From Synechococcus sp. (GTDB lineage Bacteria; Cyanobacteriota; Cyanobacteriia; Thermostichales; PCC-7336): DNA of 56,802 nt. Below the pieces are notes generated by a model. That model did not search any database. It was not told the DNA's origin and was given only the letters and a program-made list of their open reading frames with translations. The stretch covers positions 1 through 56,802 of the forward strand of contig JBFRWN010000062.1 of NCBI GenBank assembly GCA_051439605.1, written 5' to 3'. Shown in pieces: positions 28,950 to 38,231 of the stretch; within the stretch, counting starts at the first letter, position 1; each line of letters begins with the position of its first letter. A program made the translations under genes and the position numbers.

Positions 28950-31481
28950 ATGGCACTTTCTAGCCAAGCTACCTGGCTCAAGGACAATACCCTGCTGGAT
29001 ACCCTCTCGGATGCAGCTTTAACAGCGATCGCTGACACCATTATTGAAACAGAGGTCCCGGCTAATCGCCGCATTCTGCTCGAAGATACGCAACCAGACG
29101 GGTTATACATTCTCAGGCGCGGGCGGTTGGAAAGCTACCGCACTCAACCCACCAAACCGGCTCGGGTCATCAGCCGCCTACCCGGGACGGTGCTGTACTT
29201 GCAAGAATTACTGCTCGAGCAACCCAGTTCCCAAACCTCCATCACCCTGAATGACTGCTTATTTTGGGTCATCCCCAAAGCCGATTTTGACCGCATCGCC
29301 GAGCAGCATTCCGAGATCCAAGAGGCGATCGCCCGCCAGCTAGCTTCCGAGTTACAAGCCATCCAGCGACAATTGGAATACGAACAAGAGCGCCAAGCCA
29401 CCCTGCGCCCTTACCTGGTGACCAAGGCCCGCAGAGGTATCGTGGGCAGCAGTCGATATGCCGTCCGCATCCGCCAAGAGATCCGCGCCGCCTCCAGAGA
29501 CCGGCAACCCGTCACCATTTTTGGCGAGCCCGGGCTCAATAAGAACACCATCGCCGCCTTGATCCACTTCAGCTCCCCATTTCGGCGAGAACCCATCATC
29601 GAAGTGGACTGCAGCCGACTGCAGGTCAGCGGAGCAGAACTTTGGGGTCGCACGGGAGGAAAGCCAGGGCTGATTGAATGGCTGGGCACGGGAACTTTAC
29701 TACTTAACAACTTGCAGGAAGCACCAGAAGCACTGCATCCACAACTGGCTCTTCTCATACAAACCCGCACGTACAGCCCCGTGCCCCGCTCGGAGCACAA
29801 TGGAATCCCCCGTCAGTGCGAGGCGCGCATCATCATCACCGCCGAACGGATGATGCCGACCATCGATCTCAAGCAGCTGTCCGGCCACTTCCTCAAAATC
29901 CCCCCTTTGCGGGTGCGCAAGAGCGATATCGAAGCGATGGCCAACTATTCCACCAGCCTAATCGCTCGCTCTCGGGGCATCCCTCGCCCCACCCTGTCCT
30001 CCGAAGCATTGCGACAACTGCAGGGTTACGACTTCCCCGGCAACTTTTCGGAACTAGAGCAGGTAATGGCTCGAGGCATATTGCAAGCGAATGGTTCGCC
30101 CATTCTGAACGAAGAGGTGTTTTGGGGGGCTGGCACCCAAAGCCAGCGCTTCAGGGTGAATCTGCTCAATCGCTATCCCCAACTGCGACGCATTCTCCGC
30201 AGCCCCTGGTGGCCCGATCGCCTCAATTACTGGGTTGTCATGCCCCTTTTCGCCCTCGTAGTCTTTCTCCTGTTTTGGGGACCCCAAACCCGCGATCGCA
30301 ATGTCGCCCTCAACCTGTTCTGGGCCTGGTGGTGGCCCACGATCCTGCTTGCATTCCCCTTTTTGGGTCGACTGTGGTGCTCTGTCTGCCCCTTTATGGT
30401 TTATGGAGAAGCGGTCCAAAAACTTTCGCTATGGTTGTGGCCCCGCCAACTGGCCAGTTGGCCCCGACAAACGGCAGATCGTTACGGCGGCTGGTTTTTA
30501 TTCGCCCTGTTTGCGGGCATTTATCTGTGGGAGGAGCTGTGGGATTTGCAAAACACCGCCTATCTGTCCAGTTGGCTGCTACTTCTCATCACAGGTGGAG
30601 CGATTGTCTGCTCCACCATCTTCGAGCGGCGCTTCTGGTGCCGCTATCTCTGTCCCATTGGCGGCATGAATGGCCTTTTCGCCAAGCTATCCGCGACCGA
30701 ACTGAGAGCACAGCGTGGCATTTGTTCGGCGTCATGCACGACCTACCAGTGCTATAAGGGCGGTCCGGAAAAAGGGGAAGGACAAGAGACAGAGGGCTGT
30801 CCCCTATACTCTCACCCCGCCCAAATGGAAGACAACAAAGACTGCGTTCTTTGCATGACCTGTCTTAAAGCCTGTCCCCACCGCTCGGTGGAATTCAACC
30901 TGCGACCACCAGGGGTTGAGCTTTGGACCACCCATCGGGTGCGATCGCCGGAAGTGGCCCTTCTCTTTCTCCTGTGCGGAGGGGCTCTGTTGCATCGGTT
31001 ACCGGAAATATTGACGGCCTGGGATATCCCCCTTGCCAGCTATCTAGAGAATTTCTGGCGGCATGGCCTGCTATCGATAGCGACGCTACTATTGCCATTC
31101 GCTGTCGCCAGTCTGGGATATGCCTCGATGCAGGTCACCCGAGGTAAGTACAAACTCAAGCCATTTGCCACATTAGCTTACGGATATCTGCCACTTGTCT
31201 TGGGGGGGAACCTAGCCCACTACCTTGACTTGGGACTGGTAGAAGCAGGCCAACTGTTGCCCGTCACTGCTAAGACGTTTGGAGCTTATCAAAACAATCT
31301 GCCGGAGTTCGTGGCGCATCCGGCAGTCGTGGATTTTCTTCAGGGCACAACGCTGATTATCTGCGGAGTTCTGAGCGTCGTGCTATTACAAAAAATTGCT
31401 CGCCAGCCAGTGAGGGTATTGCTGCCCCAACATGCCGCCGCGATGGCATTATTTGCGAGCTTTTGGGCTGTGCTGGTGTGA
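28950..31481 (+). CDS. cNMP-binding + sigma54-activator-like AAA+ + membrane polyferredoxin (4Fe-4S) fusion protein
   Basis: N-terminal Crp-type domain (DGLYILRRGRL); GEPGLNK and YDFPGNFSEL; WCSVCP, WCRYLCP, CVLCMTCLKACP; multiple TM helices; start set at ATG 28950. Confidence 0.85.
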   Translation: MALSSQATWLKDNTLLDTLSDAALTAIADTIIETEVPANRRILLEDTQPDGLYILRRGRLESYRTQPTKPARVISRLPGTVLYLQELLLEQPSSQTSITLNDCLFWVIPKADFDRIAEQHSEIQEAIARQLASELQAIQRQLEYEQERQATLRPYLVTKARRGIVGSSRYAVRIRQEIRAASRDRQPVTIFGEPGLNKNTIAALIHFSSPFRREPIIEVDCSRLQVSGAELWGRTGGKPGLIEWLGTGTLLLNNLQEAPEALHPQLALLIQTRTYSPVPRSEHNGIPRQCEARIIITAERMMPTIDLKQLSGHFLKIPPLRVRKSDIEAMANYSTSLIARSRGIPRPTLSSEALRQLQGYDFPGNFSELEQVMARGILQANGSPILNEEVFWGAGTQSQRFRVNLLNRYPQLRRILRSPWWPDRLNYWVVMPLFALVVFLLFWGPQTRDRNVALNLFWAWWWPTILLAFPFLGRLWCSVCPFMVYGEAVQKLSLWLWPRQLASWPRQTADRYGGWFLFALFAGIYLWEELWDLQNTAYLSSWLLLLITGGAIVCSTIFERRFWCRYLCPIGGMNGLFAKLSATELRAQRGICSASCTTYQCYKGGPEKGEGQETEGCPLYSHPAQMEDNKDCVLCMTCLKACPHRSVEFNLRPPGVELWTTHRVRSPEVALLFLLCGGALLHRLPEILTAWDIPLASYLENFWRHGLLSIATLLLPFAVASLGYASMQVTRGKYKLKPFATLAYGYLPLVLGGNLAHYLDLGLVEAGQLLPVTAKTFGAYQNNLPEFVAHPAVVDFLQGTTLIICGVLSVVLLQKIARQPVRVLLPQHAAAMALFASFWAVLV

Positions 31482-31557
31482 CAGCTAACGATCGTCAGCG
31501 GCGACAGCGTGAATAAGTTGCTAGCCCCCGAGAAACCAGAAGCGAGCGGAGGATTTG

Positions 31558-31677
31558 TCAGCTGCTGCGCTTGACTTTATCGATATAGCTAAACAAAAGG
31601 ATGCCTCCGAAAATCAGTCCCAACACTACGATGCCAGAAACCAGACTCAGCAAAAAGTTCGCCAAAGAAGGTGTCAT
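31558..31677 (-). CDS. psbX: Photosystem II reaction center X protein (absent from ORF track)
   Basis: MTPSLANFLLSLVSGIVVLGLIFGGILLFSYIDKVKRSS, 39 aa. Confidence 0.92.
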   Translation of the reverse strand: MTPSLANFLLSLVSGIVVLGLIFGGILLFSYIDKVKRSS

Positions 31678-31839
31678 TTCAAACTGCTCTTAACAACTGC
31701 TATAGATTCACTCCATAGTAAGGCCAACCCTGTCCATTAGCAGACAAAATTCATGCTGTGCAAAGTTTTCGAAACATTTGTCATCGTCCCCCAATTTTCT
31801 GCATGCATAACCCCCCATTGAGGGAATGCCAGACTTAGC

Positions 31840-33405
31840 CTATTGCCGCAGTAACAGTCTTCTCATGCGGTCCACAATCAACTGCACCTCAGGCAATCCC
31901 ATCCACAGCGCACCACCGGCAAAAACAGAAATCCCTACCCCACCTGATAGGGATAGTTTGACCAGAGAGCTGGCAAAGTCGTCAGCCAGCCATAGGCCAT
32001 TTAAGCTGGACTGTACTTGCCATGTGACCACCGCTGCGATCGCTACACAGCCTATCAAGCGAGCTAAATCCCACAGGGTTTGTCGCCAAGGCCAAGTTCC
32101 TACGTGCTTGCGTAATCCCCACCCCAACCACACAATTGCCACGGCATTGACCCCTGCAGTAGAGAGGGGCAAACCCGGTGCCCCCACAAGCCGGATGCCA
32201 ATCCAGTCAAACACTGCGTTCAGCACAATCGCCACAACGCTGATTTTCAGGGGAGTACGACTGTCCTCCAGCGCGTAAAAAATTCTCACCAACACATCCC
32301 GCCCCAGATAAAACAGCATGCCAAGGGCATAAGCCGCCAACAGAGCAGCCACTTCGACAGTGGTTGCGGAATCGAAGGCTCCTCGCTGGTACACCAATCT
32401 CACCACCGGCTGCGCTAGCACCGCCAACACCATCGCAAAGGGCAAGATGGACAGCGCTGTGACCACCAGCCCCTGGCGAACCCGCTGGCGCAATTCCGGC
32501 CATCGATCCGGCAGCGCCAAGCTGGAATACAGCGGCATCAACGGCACCAGCAGGGCATTGGACAAGATTCCTAAAGGAGTTAGGTAAAGCAGTTGGGCAT
32601 AGGCCAAGTTACTAATCGTGCGATTGCCCGGCACAAATGAGGCAAAAAACGTATCGGTATAGACATTAATATGAATCGCCCCCGAAGAAATAATGGCGGG
32701 AATCACCAGAGTCACTACCGCTTTGACCTCTGGCCGATGCCAGTCCAACCGGATTTTGAAGCGGGTCAGCCCCAAGCGTTTCTGCAGCCCAAGCTGTGCC
32801 AGCCACTGCACGATCGCCCCTACCAGCACCCCCCAAGCCAGTACCGTCGGGTCGGTGACCTCCCCAAACGCCACCAGAGCAGCGATCACCACTACGTTGG
32901 TCAACAGCGGACTCAGGGAGGGTAAGAGATAATGCTCGGCCGCGTTCAAAGCTCCAAACCCAATGCCAATCTGACCCGCCAGCACTGCCAGCGGTGCCAT
33001 AATTCGTAGCTGTTCGGCAGCAAGGCGGCGCGTCTCGGGACTGACACCGGGGGCCAAAACGTATACCAGCCCATCAGCCGCAAAGACCAATAAAAGGGCA
33101 ACAGCCCCCAATGCAATTGCTGCCAATGTGGACAGAGTTTCTACCAGAGCCGTGCTGTCCTGCCCCTCGCGCTTTTTCATCACGCTGACGGTTGCGCTAT
33201 GGAAGGGACCGTTCAAGCCTCCTAGCAGAACAAGGAGGAAGCCCGGAACAATGTAGGCAATGTTGTGGGAGCTATAGGCTTCCCCCGAACCGTAGATGTC
33301 AGCAATCAACAGTTGCCGAATCAGCCCCATCCCTTTGCTCAGTGCCGTTGCGATCGCCACCAAACCGGCAATACGCGTCAGGGAAGTCGCAACTTTAGAA
33401 GTCAT
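31840..33405 (-). CDS. murJ: Lipid II flippase
   Basis: ATALSKGMGLIRQ, GGLNGPFHSA, YQRGAF, RIFYALED; start set at ATG 33405. Confidence 0.95.
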   Translation of the reverse strand: MTSKVATSLTRIAGLVAIATALSKGMGLIRQLLIADIYGSGEAYSSHNIAYIVPGFLLVLLGGLNGPFHSATVSVMKKREGQDSTALVETLSTLAAIALGAVALLLVFAADGLVYVLAPGVSPETRRLAAEQLRIMAPLAVLAGQIGIGFGALNAAEHYLLPSLSPLLTNVVVIAALVAFGEVTDPTVLAWGVLVGAIVQWLAQLGLQKRLGLTRFKIRLDWHRPEVKAVVTLVIPAIISSGAIHINVYTDTFFASFVPGNRTISNLAYAQLLYLTPLGILSNALLVPLMPLYSSLALPDRWPELRQRVRQGLVVTALSILPFAMVLAVLAQPVVRLVYQRGAFDSATTVEVAALLAAYALGMLFYLGRDVLVRIFYALEDSRTPLKISVVAIVLNAVFDWIGIRLVGAPGLPLSTAGVNAVAIVWLGWGLRKHVGTWPWRQTLWDLARLIGCVAIAAVVTWQVQSSLNGLWLADDFASSLVKLSLSGGVGISVFAGGALWMGLPEVQLIVDRMRRLLLRQ

Positions 33406-33539
33406 AACCGATTCGTACCCCAAACACCCCCACAACCATCCCGCACTCTATCAGTCGTTGAGTAGAGGATGATGAAATATCCTCAGCAGCTTGGTGGCCA
33501 CTACAGCAACCTATGGAGCAGGTTCACATACCCTGGCAC

Positions 33540-33570
33540 GAAAAAGGTCGACCCCAGCAGGTCGACCCTT
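33540..33570 (-). terminator. Intrinsic terminator after psbK
   Basis: Minus strand aagggtcgacc-tgctgg-ggtcgacc followed by a T run. Confidence 0.75.
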
Positions 33571-33623
33571 GTTCTTAAAGAATTTTCCCTTGAACTCGTT
33601 AACAAGCTTGCCAATGCACGGGT

Positions 33624-33761
33624 TTACTTAAACCCAGCAGCAGCTTGCCAAACGAAGGCCAGTAGGAAGAACAGCAACGGAATCACCGGCAGAACATCGA
33701 TCAGGGGATCGAACAGTTCGTATCCTTCGGGTAACGAAGCCATCAACATCATGAGTTGCAT
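33624..33761 (-). CDS. psbK: Photosystem II reaction center protein K (absent from ORF track)
   Basis: [45 protein letters not shown]. Confidence 0.96.
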   Translation of the reverse strand: MQLMMLMASLPEGYELFDPLIDVLPVIPLLFFLLAFVWQAAAGFK

Positions 33762-33911
33762 GTAAAAAGCCTCTATTAATCTCGTTCAGATATGCAAAAG
33801 AGCTTAACACACCGAGGGTTCTGCCAGCGCTTTTGCTGTGAAATTGCCCCTATAATTTTGGTAGGATATGCAAGTCAAATCTGTGCCCCAGATTGCTTGG
33901 CTAACACAGTT

Positions 33912-34000
<89 letters not shown>

Positions 34001-34260
34001 TTCGCTACGTTTCTAGGCCGTTGTAGAGCCTAGCGGGTTAAATCTGGGCTCTGCGTCTTGTCTTAACCTCATGAACGATCGTAACCAGTCTCGACAGGTG
34101 ACATGTTTTCGGCTGTCGAGGCGACTCTCTCGCCTTTTAGAGTGTTTAGGTGAATGAGAACCCAGCGTTTCAAGGGCTCGTCATTCTCCGATCGTATTTA
34201 ACTTTGTTAACAGTTTGGCGGATGACATCTCCTCAAGCATCGGACGATCTCGATCGCTGT

Positions 34261-34848
34261 CTACGGTGTCTCTGAGATCAGGGGCTTGTACAACAAGATT
34301 TGTCGAGCAGCCCCTAGCAATGTCCAAGGGGTATCTTGGCGGGCTTTAATGCGATACCCAGCATTCAGATACAACTGATGCGCCGCTGGGTTCGATTCCA
34401 GCACGTGCAAATATATTTGACTGCCTCCCCAAGATGTAGCCACCGCTTCAGCTCCGGAGAGCAGACGAGTTGCGACTCCCTGTCTTCGCCAGTGGGGCAA
34501 GACGGCCAAATTGGCAATGTAGGGCGATCGCGGCTCAGTTGATAGCGGATTGCCTGAGGTGCGGCGCATGCCGATTTCCAGCGTTCCCACCAGATCGCTG
34601 TTAACCCATGCCCCCAAACAACAGTATTTGGGACTTTTCCCCTGTAGCCTCCCCTTCATGTCCTCTCGAATGCCAAAGCGGATGACGGGCCACACCAACG
34701 CTTGCATGCCCACGCGGGGATGAAAGGAAAGGGCTAAGACATCTGACAGATCTTCTAAATCCGCCATTGTGGCGGGATGCACTAAAAACTCCGCGTTAGG
34801 ACGAGACTGGGACAAGAGGCAATCGCGATTACTGGAGGTGGAAGCCAT
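34261..34848 (-). CDS. GNAT family N-acetyltransferase
   Basis: YIANLAVLPHWRRQGVATRLL, NPAAHQLY. Confidence 0.9.
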   Translation of the reverse strand: MASTSSNRDCLLSQSRPNAEFLVHPATMADLEDLSDVLALSFHPRVGMQALVWPVIRFGIREDMKGRLQGKSPKYCCLGAWVNSDLVGTLEIGMRRTSGNPLSTEPRSPYIANLAVLPHWRRQGVATRLLSGAEAVATSWGGSQIYLHVLESNPAAHQLYLNAGYRIKARQDTPWTLLGAARQILLYKPLISETP

Positions 34849-35113
34849 CGGCCCCTATCTGTTGGATCGAGACATCGAATCAAGACAGTTCTGAACCTGA
34901 AAGATATGTCTAACCCCCCAAGGCCATGACTGCTGTCGGGAAATCTGCGCAGGTTGATGGCAAAAGCAATGCTGCGAATTCCAATCGTAAGGGATGCAGA
35001 CTCCTGACGTTCTTATTCAAAACACATTAGAGTAGGAAAGCAAGTTTTTTAACTGCCAAGTTTTCTAACCAGCAAATTTCCATTTCCATGACGGCCCTTA
35101 ACCGTCCCAGCTC

Positions 35114-36238
35114 ATGAATTCCACCACCCTGTCACCTGCCCAAGTTGGCCCACTTGCTACCCCTGGCTCAAAAGTGGTGGTGGGGATGTCAGGTGGGGTC
35201 GATAGTTCTACTGCTGCTGCGGTTCTGCATCAACAGGGATACGAGGTGGAAGGGGTAACCCTGTGGCTAATGAAAGGCAAAGGGCAGTGCTGCTCTGAGG
35301 GGATGGTGGATGCGGTTCAAGTGTGCGAACAGTTGGGCATTCCCCATCACGTGGTTGATTCGCGGCAATTGTTTGAAGCCAGCATCATCAACTATCTGGT
35401 AGAGGGATATGCGGAGGGCACCACACCGTTGCCCTGTTCCCGCTGCAATACCACAGTCAAATTTGGTCCCATGATTGACTATGCCCGCGAACAGCTGGGC
35501 ATTGAGACGATCGCCACCGGCCACTATGCCCGAATTCGCTATTCTCCAGAGCGCGATCGCATGCAGCTATTGCGGGCGGTGGATCGTCATAAAGATCAAT
35601 CCTATTTTCTTTACGACCTCAGCCAGCATCACCTCTCTCACAGCCTATTTCCATTGGGGGAATGGGAGAAATCTCAAACTCGCACCGTGGCTGCCAGCTT
35701 AGATTTGCATACCGCCGATAAGCCTGAAAGTCAGGATTTGTGTTTGGTGGAAACCCACGGCTCCATGCAGTCGTTCCTGGACAACTATATTGGTCATTCG
35801 AAGGGGGAAATTGTTGATGTATCCGGCAACGTTTTGGGACACCACGAAGGGGTTCACCACTACACCATCGGTCAACGTAAAGGCTTAGGTGTGGCCGCAG
35901 CACAGCCTCTGTACGTGATTAAGCTAGACCCTGCCATGAACCGCGTGGTGGTTGGGACTCGTAAAGAGGCAACGCAATCTGAAGCAGTTGCCAGTCGCGT
36001 TAACTGGGTCTCGATTGCCCGACCAGAGCAGCCCATTCGTGCCGAGATTCAGATTCGCTACCGTTCGAAGCCTGTACCAGCCACTGTGTCCCCATTGGCG
36101 GATGCAGCCGGTCAGTTAACTCGGGCTCACATCCAATTTGATGAGCCCCAGTTTGGTGTCACCCCCGGCCAAGCTGCCGTTTGGTACAACGGCGATCTCT
36201 TGTTGGGGGGTGGATTGCTGGAGCGGTTTGCCAGCTAA
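35114..36238 (+). CDS. mnmA: tRNA 2-thiouridine(34) synthase
   Basis: [38 protein letters not shown]. Confidence 0.97.
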   Translation: MNSTTLSPAQVGPLATPGSKVVVGMSGGVDSSTAAAVLHQQGYEVEGVTLWLMKGKGQCCSEGMVDAVQVCEQLGIPHHVVDSRQLFEASIINYLVEGYAEGTTPLPCSRCNTTVKFGPMIDYAREQLGIETIATGHYARIRYSPERDRMQLLRAVDRHKDQSYFLYDLSQHHLSHSLFPLGEWEKSQTRTVAASLDLHTADKPESQDLCLVETHGSMQSFLDNYIGHSKGEIVDVSGNVLGHHEGVHHYTIGQRKGLGVAAAQPLYVIKLDPAMNRVVVGTRKEATQSEAVASRVNWVSIARPEQPIRAEIQIRYRSKPVPATVSPLADAAGQLTRAHIQFDEPQFGVTPGQAAVWYNGDLLLGGGLLERFAS

Positions 36239-36417
36239 GCTGTGCCTTAAGCGAGCGATCGCCAGTGGAAAAATTATGGTCAGCAGAAAAACGTCGCACA
36301 TCTACTGGGGCCATGCGAAGTTCTCTCTGCTATTACAAATCTAGTGCTGAAGCCAAAGTTAACCCTTCTAAAGAGCAACATTTGCGGAGAAACCGCTGCG
36401 AAAAAGCAATCGATAGA

Positions 36418-36573
36418 CTACCCGTGTTTCGCTTGCTTCTCCAACTTGGTGATCGCCATTTTCAAGGACTTCAGCACGGGATCGGCGTGGGGGTTTTGGC
36501 TCTGTTTGAGTAGCTCGTTGTAGCGCGCTCTAGCAGTAGCCAATTTGTCTTGAACTTCACTCATAGCTGGCAT
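36418..36573 (-). CDS. Putative 51-aa helical-hairpin protein (absent from ORF track)
   Basis: MPAMSEVQDKLATARARYNELLKQSQNPHADPVLKSLKMAITKLEKQAKHG; strong RBS GAGGTG just upstream. Confidence 0.65.
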   Translation of the reverse strand: MPAMSEVQDKLATARARYNELLKQSQNPHADPVLKSLKMAITKLEKQAKHG

Positions 36574-36642
36574 GAATAACACCTCAATTTATTGAGAAAC
36601 TTTACCCAATTCTCGACCAAATGGATCGCAACTCTGAAGAAA

Positions 36643-37005
36643 TTAATTGGATGTGCGCTCGCCTTCGGACGACCCATCGTTGCTATGGAGTCCTATCGCA
36701 TGCTCTAACTGCAGCTTTTGCTCCTGCGCACGCAGGTAATAACCGGTCAACATTGCCCCAGACAGAAGCTGGGCAAGGCTTTCACGATTTGTAACCACCT
36801 GCACGTCAAACTGCTCGGATGGCAGGGTGCCTAGCATACCGCGAATGTGATGCGAAAGGATCTCCAATGCGTCTTCAGAAACTTGCTGGGCCAGCTCTTG
36901 GGGGCTTTGTGACCCCTGCGCCTGGAGATACTGCCAAAGTTCATTACTTGAATTCGGGGTACGCAGATTGCGGCTATTGGGCTGGGGATGATTGGAGAAA
37001 TCCAT
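36643..37005 (-). CDS. DUF760 domain protein
   Basis: LWQYLQ, GMLGTLPSEQFDVQVVTNRESLAQLL, MLTGYYLR; start set at ATG 37005. Confidence 0.9.
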   Translation of the reverse strand: MDFSNHPQPNSRNLRTPNSSNELWQYLQAQGSQSPQELAQQVSEDALEILSHHIRGMLGTLPSEQFDVQVVTNRESLAQLLSGAMLTGYYLRAQEQKLQLEHAIGLHSNDGSSEGERTSN

Positions 37006-37326
37006 TCTATCGACCTCATCGGATTTGAGAGACTCCCCCGCAGCCGCCACGAGAATCGATTGACACGAACGGTAGCCAGTCAAGCGGCAACGTTTGGCGG
37101 GGTCCATTCCCTCTGTTTTTCCACCCTAACTACCCTGGCATCATTCTTTGGTGGGTGTTGCCGTACTCGCAGGGTGGTTGTTTGCCGAACAGCTGTTAAT
37201 GTTGCGATAAAGCGCACCTGCATAGCTTTCGCGTTCCTACCTGATAAAGCTAACTTAGGGGGAAAAGAGCGATAGGCCTAGATCTAACGGAAGAAACCTG
37301 TTCAAGGCAGCAGGCGAGGTGGTTGC

Positions 37327-37818
37327 TTATCGATAGTTGGTAAATTGCAACGGTACAGGATAGTCCGCCTGTCTCAGCATTTGAATGACCTCTTGCAAGA
37401 CATCTTTGTCCTTGGCAGAGACTCGCAACAGATCTCCTTGAATTGATGCCTGAACCTTTTTAAAAGAGTCGCGGATTTCCTTGCTGATTTTTTTTGCGAG
37501 ATCTTTATCAATTCCTTTTTTCAGCGTTACCGTTTGCCGCAGGCGATTGCCTCCGGCGGCCTCAGCCGCTTCAAATTCAAAAATCTTTTGAGACAGTCCC
37601 CGTTTTGCGGCTTTGTTGCGCAAGATATCTTGAACGGAGTTGAGGCTCATCCGAGTATCTGTATTGATGATAAGCGTAGTATCGCCTAATTCAATGGTGC
37701 TATTGGTGGGCTTGAGATCGTAGCGGTTTTTGATTTCCCGCATGGCTTGATCGACCGCGTTAACTAGCTCCTGGCGATCGAAGTCGCTGACTACATCAAA
37801 AGAGTAGCTGGAAGCCAT
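37327..37818 (-). CDS. yajQ: YajQ family nucleotide/c-di-GMP-binding protein
   Basis: SFDVVS, NAVDQ, RYDLK, IQGD, LQFTNYR. Confidence 0.95.
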   Translation of the reverse strand: MASSYSFDVVSDFDRQELVNAVDQAMREIKNRYDLKPTNSTIELGDTTLIINTDTRMSLNSVQDILRNKAAKRGLSQKIFEFEAAEAAGGNRLRQTVTLKKGIDKDLAKKISKEIRDSFKKVQASIQGDLLRVSAKDKDVLQEVIQMLRQADYPVPLQFTNYR

Positions 37819-38231
37819 TACCCACCTCAAATCTGGATTGCGCATCACTCATCCTACCTTGCCAAAAGGACGAGTAAACAGCCTGCGTGCAAAGTGCAGT
37901 GAAAAGCACAAGAGCAAATCCTACCCATTTCTCACCATGCAACGCCAAATTCTTGCCCGTAAACTTGCCCCGTTAGAGGGGAGATTGAGTAGAGTGATTG
38001 GATGAGTAAAGTGATGGGAACCAGTCCCGAGCATCTGCAACGTTGTAGGAAATCTCCACTGCTTTCTTAATTCCCCCTTTGCTGCGGTCACAATCGTAGC
38101 CCTTTGCGCGGGATTGGTGGTTCCACTTCAGACTGGAGATCCCCCCTAAGCGTTAGTTTGGAGGCCTCTTCTTATGAGAGTTGCAGAACTACTCGTACGA
38201 ACTAGACAGTGATTCGATCGGGAGACCTGGG

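Noticed and set aside
29816..30757. 313-aa alternative-frame ORF
   Set aside because: Lies wholly inside a well-formed gene, with low-complexity R/P/S/H composition typical of off-frame translation
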